A stretch of DNA of 13,727 nt, from positions 1 through 13,727 of the forward strand of contig JBDRFG010000028.1 of NCBI GenBank assembly GCA_043819135.1, given 5' to 3'. The notes below the pieces were generated by a model. It was not told the DNA's origin. It saw only the letters and a program-made list of their open reading frames with translations, and did not search any database. The stretch's first letter is position 1, and the number at the start of each line of letters is the position of its first letter. Source of the stretch: Candidatus Eiseniibacteriota bacterium (lineage in GTDB: Bacteria > Joyebacterota > Joyebacteria > Joyebacterales > Joyebacteraceae). Below are positions 8,390 through 13,727 of the stretch, one piece after another. Made by a program: the position numbers and the translations under genes.

Positions 8390-8893
8390 ATGGAAACCTT
8401 GAAACGAAGACTTCTTCATCTGATCATCATCTTCATCCTCTGGCTTCTCCTCACCTGGTCGTTGGATATTCAGAGTGTGGTGGCGGGAGCCGTCCTGGCG
8501 ATCGTGTTCGCACTGATACTGTCGGGGTTGTTGCCGGCGAAGGTCGAGCGTCTTTTCAGTCCGGTGCGGTGGTTCTGGGCGCTGATGCATCTGATATCGC
8601 TGTCGTTCTGGATCGTGCTGGCGAACTTCGACGTTCTCTACCGGGTTGTCCATCCGAACCTCCCCATCAGACCCGGCATCGTCAAGATAAAGACCACGCT
8701 CAAGAGCGATGAGGCCAAGACCTTCCTCGCGAACTCGATCACACTGACGCCGGGAACGCTCACGGTCGATATCATTGACGACTGGCTCTACGTCCACTGG
8801 ATCAACGTGCACGAGAGCCTCGAGGACACGGAGGCGATGACGCGGGATATCGCGGGTCGGTTCGAAGTCACCTTGAGGAGGGTTTTCGACTGA
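8390..8893 (+). CDS. mrpE: Na+/H+ antiporter subunit E (MrpE/MnhE/MbhA)
   Basis: LWLLLT, PIRPGIV and LANSITLTPGTLTVD..LYVHW signature. AAGGAG SD upstream. Confidence 0.93.
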   Translation: METLKRRLLHLIIIFILWLLLTWSLDIQSVVAGAVLAIVFALILSGLLPAKVERLFSPVRWFWALMHLISLSFWIVLANFDVLYRVVHPNLPIRPGIVKIKTTLKSDEAKTFLANSITLTPGTLTVDIIDDWLYVHWINVHESLEDTEAMTRDIAGRFEVTLRRVFD

Positions 8894-9147
8894 TGTCTAC
8901 ATTCTTGCTGCTTCTCATCATCGGGACCTTCCTGTGTCTCTTCAGGGTCGCGATGGGGCCGACGCCGCCTGACCGGGCGGTGGCGATCGACACGATCGGT
9001 GTGATGGTGGTGGGCATTTGCGGGATCTTCGGGATCATCACCGGTCAGGACTTCTACCTCAACGTAGCGATCGCGTGGGCGCTCCTGTCGTTCATCGGTA
9101 CCCTGGCGCTTGCCAAGTATCTGGAGGGGAGGGGATTCGATGAATAG
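8893..9147 (+). CDS. mrpF: Na+/H+ antiporter subunit F (MrpF/MnhF/MbhB)
   Basis: R...GPTPPDRAVAID and LSFIGTLALAKYL. TGATG overlap with mrpE. Confidence 0.92.
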   Translation: MSTFLLLLIIGTFLCLFRVAMGPTPPDRAVAIDTIGVMVVGICGIFGIITGQDFYLNVAIAWALLSFIGTLALAKYLEGRGFDE

Positions 9148-9472
9148 CGGGGTCGCTCCATACATTCTGATCTCCATAGGAGTCGCCTTCGACCTCGTTG
9201 GGGCGCTGGGCCTCTTGAGACTTCCTGATGTTTACAACAGGCTTCAGGCGGCGACGAAGTGCGTCACCCTCGGAACGTGCCTCATTCTGGTAGGCGTTCT
9301 GGTTCACAGTGGTTGGAACGCCATGGGCATCAAGGCGCTTCTGGCGGCGATCTTCGTCCTCTGGACGTCGCCGACGGGCAGCCACGCTCTGGCGCGCGGC
9401 GCGCACATAGCCGGTGTGCCGCTCTGGGCGGGATCTGTGGTGGACAAGTACAAGGAAGACACGGGACGCTAG
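9140..9472 (+). CDS. mrpG: Na+/H+ antiporter subunit G (MrpG/MnhG/MbhC)
   Basis: GALGLLRLPDVYNRLQAATKCVTLG and TSPTGSHALARGA. ATG 9140 is preceded by GGAGG and overlaps the mrpF end; the track's 9110 start is unlikely. Confidence 0.92.
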   Translation: MNSGVAPYILISIGVAFDLVGALGLLRLPDVYNRLQAATKCVTLGTCLILVGVLVHSGWNAMGIKALLAAIFVLWTSPTGSHALARGAHIAGVPLWAGSVVDKYKEDTGR

Positions 9473-9566
9473 GCCGTGAGCCGCGTCCACTGGCGGGCTC
9501 GGCCACTGCCGGGCCGCCCCACGAAGCACTTCAGACACGGAACTGAATGCCAGGAGAAGGAGCGCC

Positions 9567-10169
9567 ATGAGGAAACCCAAGCTGCGCGAGCTCAAGGAAG
9601 CCGTGACGTCGCTCGTCAGTCCGCCATACACATCCGCGTTTCCGTTTGCCCCGGCTAAGACATTCGAGGCCTTCAGGGGGCAGCCGGAATTTCACGAGGA
9701 AGACTGCATCGGGTGCGGCGCGTGTGCGGAGGTGTGTCCGGCGCGGACGATCGACGTGCTGGACGAGGGGGATACCCGGACCCTGGTGCACCACTACGAC
9801 AACTGCATCTACTGCGGGCAGTGCGAGGCGTACTGCACGACGAAGAAAGGTATCATCCTGTCCGGGAAGTTCGACCTGGCCGTCTTCGACCGAGCGCAGG
9901 CCGTGACGACGGTCGAGAAGGAACTGGCGCGCTGCGAGCACTGCGGAGACGTCATCACGACCGTCGACCAGCTGAAGTGGATCGCGCGAAAGACCGGGTC
10001 GCTGTCTGTTGCGAACCCGACTCTTCTCGTGGCGCTTCACAAAGACCTCGGCGTCACGACGGACCCGTCCTCGCACGATGGGAAGCCGGTCGGCAGGGGC
10101 GACTCGTACCGCATGATGTGCCCGGCGTGCCGACGCGAGGTCTACCTGACTGAGGACTGGCTGGGGTAG
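9567..10169 (+). CDS. 2x[4Fe-4S] ferredoxin-like hydrogenase subunit (HycF/HyfH/NuoI/MbhN family) with C-terminal CxxC...CxxC
   Basis: YTSAFP...FRGQP, CIGCGACAEVCP and CIYCGQCEAYCT, then extra CEHC and CPAC. AGGAG SD upstream. Confidence 0.9.
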   Translation: MRKPKLRELKEAVTSLVSPPYTSAFPFAPAKTFEAFRGQPEFHEEDCIGCGACAEVCPARTIDVLDEGDTRTLVHHYDNCIYCGQCEAYCTTKKGIILSGKFDLAVFDRAQAVTTVEKELARCEHCGDVITTVDQLKWIARKTGSLSVANPTLLVALHKDLGVTTDPSSHDGKPVGRGDSYRMMCPACRREVYLTEDWLG

Positions 10170-10240
10170 GACCCGAGTCCGCCGCCGGGGTGATCCGGCG
10201 GGCGGCGCTCGCGCCACAACGCCCCGCGAGAATGTCATCG

Positions 10241-10268
10241 GAACGGGCCCTTCGGGGCCCGTTCTTAG
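10241..10268 (+). terminator. Probable intrinsic terminator of the hydrogenase-Mrp operon
   Basis: Perfect 10-bp stem GAACGGGCCC/GGGCCCGTTC closed by a C(TTCG)G tetraloop, 72 nt after the last stop. The U-tract is short (TTCTT). A second GC-rich hairpin lies at about 10174-10211. Confidence 0.7.
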
Positions 10269-10399
10269 TGCTGAACCCGGCACGGCTTCCGCCAACCGCA
10301 CGACAGACACGCCTCCCACGTCTATTCAAGTTGACAATATGTCCGGTTAACCAGGCACTGAATGTGAGAGCAGCCTCCTGATTGTACGGGGGAACCACC

Positions 10400-10885
10400 A
10401 TGCGCCAACGGATCCACTGGCTCCGGGCGAACAGGGACAAAGAAATGCGACGTTGACACACCTTCATGGTCGTGGGTGTGGTGTGGCTCCTGATGATAGC
10501 TTTCGAGCTCAGCGAGGGGCGCACGCCCGGCTTTCTTCTCGTGATGGTGGCGGTCATCGCCGGTATCCAGTTCGGGTTCTACTACTACTACGCCAGGGAC
10601 CGAGAGGTCAGGTGGGTCGGGCGCGTGCACCATCTGGGTGACCGCCATCCGCGTCCTGGAGTTCCCGCTCCTGACTATCGGGCGCCTGTGCGACCCCCCG
10701 CGGACAATCAATCGGGCTGGATGGTACCCGTAATGGTCCTGAATAGCGCCCTATGGGCCTGTGTGGCCTATCTGGTGGCCCGGGCGGCGAGGCGCCGGGC
10801 AGGAGTGTCCGAGGAGTTGGCCTCAGGACCGGCCCGATTCACGCGCATCAGTCAGAAAAAGCTGTCACTTGACCTTGACTACTGA
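10400..10885 (+). pseudogene. Small membrane protein gene, probably disrupted (or a short intact ORF 10466-10885)
   Basis: ATG 10400 follows a GGGGGA SD-like run and is in frame with ORF 10466-10885, separated by a TGA at 10454-10456. Hydrophobic segments are interrupted by an Arg/Pro-rich stretch, while the adjacent frame there reads TIWVTAIRVLEFPLLTIG. Confidence 0.4.
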
Positions 10886-10904
10886 CCACATTTTGCGATA
10901 TAGT
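10875..10904 (+). promoter_or_regulatory. Sigma70-like promoter for the secreted-protein gene
   Basis: TTGACT (10875-10880), 18-nt spacer, TATAGT (10899-10904) in an AT-richer stretch. Perfect SD AAGGAGGT at 10973-10980. Confidence 0.55.
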
Positions 10905-10984
10905 AACCTGGGGTGCAGGTGGCGCCACTACACATCAGCAAGCCACGCTAATCTGACAGTCCACAATTTCACAAGGAGGTCACG

Positions 10985-11641
10985 ATGAGACCGATCGCGA
11001 TTGCGTTCTTGTCGGTCCTGGTGCTCCTGTGCTCGGTGCAGGCGTACGGTTACAACATCCAGCTTTCAGGATCAGGCGGGTTCATGTTGAACGGCGCGGA
11101 CTACGCAGGGGACATCGACTTTGGAATGGACGGGACGTGGATCCTGGACGTCGACGACTCGCTGTGGCCTGAGGATTCGGACAGCACGGCGCGCTTCGAC
11201 TACATCTGGAGCACGTTCTTCGCAGGCAACTACAACAACATCACGGGCGCGGAGCATTGGAAGGGGTACTTCAACGCCGCAACGCTACCGTCGTCCCCGC
11301 TCATGGTTTTCGACACGACCGTGCCCGGTGGGATCCTGGGGATGAACACCAGCTTCACCGTGCAGGTCAGGGACTACGAGGTCGACGGCGTGCTCTCTCA
11401 GTATGAGAAGCATCACTCCTGTCAGATGGCTTTCACCTTCTCGGTCGAGATGCCGCTCGGCACCGGGACGTTCGAGGACCACTGCGGCGACGGCTCGAGT
11501 TCGAACGGGTCCTTCAACTTCGTCAATCCCCCGACCGAGGACCTCCTCGAGTTCCCGTTCGTCGGCCAGGTCAATGTCTGGTTCTGCGGGTCCCCGGTGG
11601 AGGAAGGCACCTGGGCGACCATCAAAGCTCTGTACAGGTAA
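10985..11641 (+). CDS. Secreted hypothetical protein with a Sec signal peptide and a C-terminal PVExxTWxxIKALYR tail
   Basis: MRPIAIAFLSVLVLLCSVQA(YG) signal peptide. Acidic mature region rich in Gly and aromatic residues, with no domain I recognise. Strong SD, TAA stop and its own terminator. Confidence 0.85.
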   Translation: MRPIAIAFLSVLVLLCSVQAYGYNIQLSGSGGFMLNGADYAGDIDFGMDGTWILDVDDSLWPEDSDSTARFDYIWSTFFAGNYNNITGAEHWKGYFNAATLPSSPLMVFDTTVPGGILGMNTSFTVQVRDYEVDGVLSQYEKHHSCQMAFTFSVEMPLGTGTFEDHCGDGSSSNGSFNFVNPPTEDLLEFPFVGQVNVWFCGSPVEEGTWATIKALYR

Positions 11642-11671
11642 TACGGAGCCCAGAACTTGAGAGCGATCACT

Positions 11672-11708
11672 CGGGACCCCGTGGAACGTCACGGGGTCCC
11701 GCTTTTTT
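11672..11708 (+). terminator. Rho-independent terminator
   Basis: 12-bp perfect stem CGGGACCCCGTG / CACGGGGTCCCG with a 6-nt loop, followed by CTTTTTT. Confidence 0.9.
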
Positions 11709-11767
11709 GCCCCGACGGCGCCCCGCGAGCGCCCTCGGGCATCATCTCGGGGCACGCGAGGGACAGT

Positions 11768-11796
11768 TTGCGGAGGCTTAAGCCTCACGTTACTTT
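11768..11796 (+). promoter_or_regulatory. Putative sigma70-like promoter of msrBA with a palindrome in the spacer
   Basis: TTGCGG (11768-11773), 17 nt, TACTTT (11791-11796). Perfect 14-bp palindrome GAGGCTTAAGCCTC at 11773-11786. Confidence 0.4.
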
Positions 11797-11845
11797 GTGA
11801 TTGAGAGAGAACCATCGGGCTCACTGGGCCCAGGGGGGGTGTGCC

Positions 11846-12901
11846 GTGTCCTGTAGACGTTTCTCGGGAAGGGGGCCAGCGCGGTTTGGCTCTGTCCTCG
11901 CGCTGCCGGCGCTTCTCATGCTCCTCGCGCTGACCAGCTGCGTGCAGTCAGCCGAGGACACCAACGTGGAAGTGGAGGAACGTGTGAGCATGAACGAACT
12001 CACACCCGAAGAAGAGGCCGTCATTGTCCGCAAGGGCACGGAGCGGCCGTTCTCGGGGGAGTACTACGACCATCGCGAGGCCGGAACCTACGTGTGCAAG
12101 AGATGTGGGACACCGCTGTATGAGTCGGATGACAAATTCGATTCCAGCTGCGGGTGGCCGAGCTTCGACGACGAGCTGCCCGGGGCCGTGACGAGACTTC
12201 CCGATGCCGACGGGCGCAGGACCGAGATCCTCTGTGCCGCGTGCGGAGCACATCTCGGGCACGTGTTCGAGGGTGAAGAGCTCACGGACAAGAACGTGCG
12301 CCACTGCGTCAACTCGATCTCGCTCGAATTCGTCGCAGCGGGGGAGGGCGAAACAGGAGCCGTCGCAGAGGCTGCCGCCGGCGACGGCGCAGGCCGGGCG
12401 CGGGTCGACGGGCCGGGCGCATCCGCCAGGGCCTATTTTGCGGGGGGGTGTTTCTGGGGCGTGGAGCACCTGCTGCAGGACGTGGATGGCGTGTCCGGCG
12501 TACGCTCCGGCTACATGGGCGGCGAGGCCGAGAACCCCACCTACGGCGAAGTATGCAGCGGAACGACGGGTCACGCCGAGACCGTAGAGGTCGTCTTCGA
12601 CCCCGAGCTTATCAGCTACGAGGACCTGACGAAGCTCTTTCTCGAGATCCATGATCCGACACAGGTAGACAAGCAGGGACCGGACAGGGGCTCGCAGTAC
12701 CGCTCGGCGATCTTCTATGTGGACGCCGAACAGAAGCGCGTTGCCGAAGAACTCATCAGCCTTCTCGTCAAGAAGGGATACGACGTCGTGACGGAGGTGA
12801 GTCCGGCCGGTGCGTTCTGGGAGGCCGAGGACTACCACCAGGACTACTACGAGAAGTCGGGCGGCGGCCCATACTGTCACACTCGCCAGAAGAGATTCTG
12901 A
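11846..12901 (+). CDS. msrAB: Bifunctional peptide-methionine sulfoxide reductase, MsrB-MsrA fusion, predicted lipoprotein
   Basis: MsrB part: GTERPFSG, Zn-type CKRC and CAAC, SCGWPSF, HLGHVF, RHCVNS. MsrA part: FAGGCFWGVE, GYMGG, YGEVCSGTTGHAE, QYRSAIF, AEDYHQDYY, PYCH. The start is uncertain: GTG 11846 gives a signal peptide ending LTSC; GTG 11984 or ATG 11990 are alternatives. Confidence 0.93.
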   Translation: MSCRRFSGRGPARFGSVLALPALLMLLALTSCVQSAEDTNVEVEERVSMNELTPEEEAVIVRKGTERPFSGEYYDHREAGTYVCKRCGTPLYESDDKFDSSCGWPSFDDELPGAVTRLPDADGRRTEILCAACGAHLGHVFEGEELTDKNVRHCVNSISLEFVAAGEGETGAVAEAAAGDGAGRARVDGPGASARAYFAGGCFWGVEHLLQDVDGVSGVRSGYMGGEAENPTYGEVCSGTTGHAETVEVVFDPELISYEDLTKLFLEIHDPTQVDKQGPDRGSQYRSAIFYVDAEQKRVAEELISLLVKKGYDVVTEVSPAGAFWEAEDYHQDYYEKSGGGPYCHTRQKRF

Positions 12902-13036
12902 CGTCGGGAGGGGTCATCCAGCTTCACATCGGGACTTGACTTGACCGTTGGCACGCGCAATCCTTTGTCTGCCCTGAGGTAGATGTGGGTTTGCGCAAAC
13001 GGCGGCCCGTCCCGAAGTGATGACGCGAGGTGTCCC

Positions 13037-13727
13037 ATGACGAGCGAAATACGCAAGCTTCTGGAAGAGATGGTTGAGAGAAGAGCGTCCGATCTACACA
13101 TCACTGCGGGTGTGCCGCCTCAATTCAGGATCGACGGGACACTCGTCCCCTGCGATCGGGCGCCCCTGAACCCTCTCGAGAGCCGCGAACTTTCCTACGC
13201 GATGATCGACGAGAAGAGAATAGCTCGGCTCGAAGCAGAGAAGGGCCTGGACACTTCCATCAGCGCCGAGGGGCTCGGGCGCTTCAGGCTCAACATCTAC
13301 TTCCAGCGGGGAAGCGTGGCCGCAGCTGTGCGACATCTGCCCTGGGAGATCCCTCCAATGGATGATCTCGGGGTCCCGCCCGTCATGAAGGACTTCTGTG
13401 AGAAGCTGAACGGCCTCGTGCTTGTCAGCGGCCCCACCGGCTGCGGCAAATCGACCACGATGGCCTCGATGATCTCCTACATCAACGATCATAAGAACGT
13501 CCACGTCATCTCGATCGAGGATCCGATCGAGTATCTGCACCGCCACAAATTCTCTATCGTGAATCAGCGCGAGGTCGGTCGCGATGCCCCGTCGTTCGCA
13601 TCTGCCGTTCGTCAGGTGCTTCGACAGGACCCAGATGTCATCTGCATCGGCGAGATCAGAGACCTCGAGACGGTCCGCACGGCGCTGACGATGGCGGAGA
13701 CCGGGCACCTGGTGCTGACGACGGTGC
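13037..13727 (+). CDS. pilT: Type IV pilus retraction ATPase PilT/PilU family, 3'-truncated by the window edge
   Basis: Manual translation from ATG 13037 (GAGGT SD): MTSEIRKLL...ASDLHITAGVPPQFRIDG...RFRLNIYFQRG...GLVLVSGPTGCGKSTT (Walker A)...IEDPIE...VNQREVG...LRQDPDVICIGEIRD (Walker B)...AETGHLVLTT. Absent from the ORF track because there is no stop in the window. Confidence 0.92.
   Translation, partial: MTSEIRKLLEEMVERRASDLHITAGVPPQFRIDGTLVPCDRAPLNPLESRELSYAMIDEKRIARLEAEKGLDTSISAEGLGRFRLNIYFQRGSVAAAVRHLPWEIPPMDDLGVPPVMKDFCEKLNGLVLVSGPTGCGKSTTMASMISYINDHKNVHVISIEDPIEYLHRHKFSIVNQREVGRDAPSFASAVRQVLRQDPDVICIGEIRDLETVRTALTMAETGHLVLTTV

Noticed and set aside
385..10169. Annotation as NADH:quinone oxidoreductase (complex I) or Ni-less Ehr/Mbx complex
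   Set aside because: The large subunit keeps both CxxC Ni-Fe ligand motifs and a maturation tail, the small subunit has CxxC, and Mrp E/F/G are present while nuoA/E/F/G are absent from the window.
10454..10456. TGA recoding (selenocysteine or alternative genetic code)
   Set aside because: TGA terminates mrpB, mrpE and msrBA at their expected C-termini, the context is not a redox-Cys motif, and I cannot identify a SECIS.
11801..11845. ORF-track start of msrBA at TTG 11801
   Set aside because: No SD, and it sits at the predicted transcription start. GTG 11846 or 11984/11990 are better supported.
12948..12964. Sigma54 promoter before pilT (TTGGCACG)
   Set aside because: The -24 box matches, but the -12 position reads ATCC instead of TTGC.
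12993..13030. c-di-GMP-I riboswitch-like words (GCAAAC...GACGC) before pilT
   Set aside because: There is no GNRA-capped stem between them and no room for the second stem before the start codon.
1..13727. CRISPR arrays, tRNA/rRNA genes, transposases or integrases
   Set aside because: None seen. The window is almost fully occupied by recognisable CDSs and has no regularly spaced repeats.

Overview
GC-rich bacterial window with every real gene on the + strand. Bases <1-10169 are the distal part of a single operon of at least 14 genes encoding an energy-converting, membrane-bound group 4 [NiFe]-hydrogenase combined with a full Mrp-type Na+/H+ antiporter module. Gene order: HycB/HyfA-like Fe-S protein (partial), NuoH-like subunit, small subunit, NuoC-like subunit, large subunit with intact Ni-binding motifs and a cleavable 32-aa tail, a 630-aa antiporter-like subunit with an MbhI-like C-terminus, an MbhD/E-like (MrpA C-terminal) subunit, mrpB-C-D-E-F-G, and a HycF/NuoI-like ferredoxin, followed by a terminator hairpin. 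Downstream lie a probably degraded small membrane-protein gene, a monocistronic secreted protein ending in a 'PVEEGTWATIKALYR' tail (a candidate C-terminal sorting signal), an MsrB-MsrA fusion with a predicted lipoprotein signal and a possible second internal start, and the 5' part of a pilT-family ATPase gene that the ORF track misses. All homology calls come from motif recognition by eye; no searches were run.
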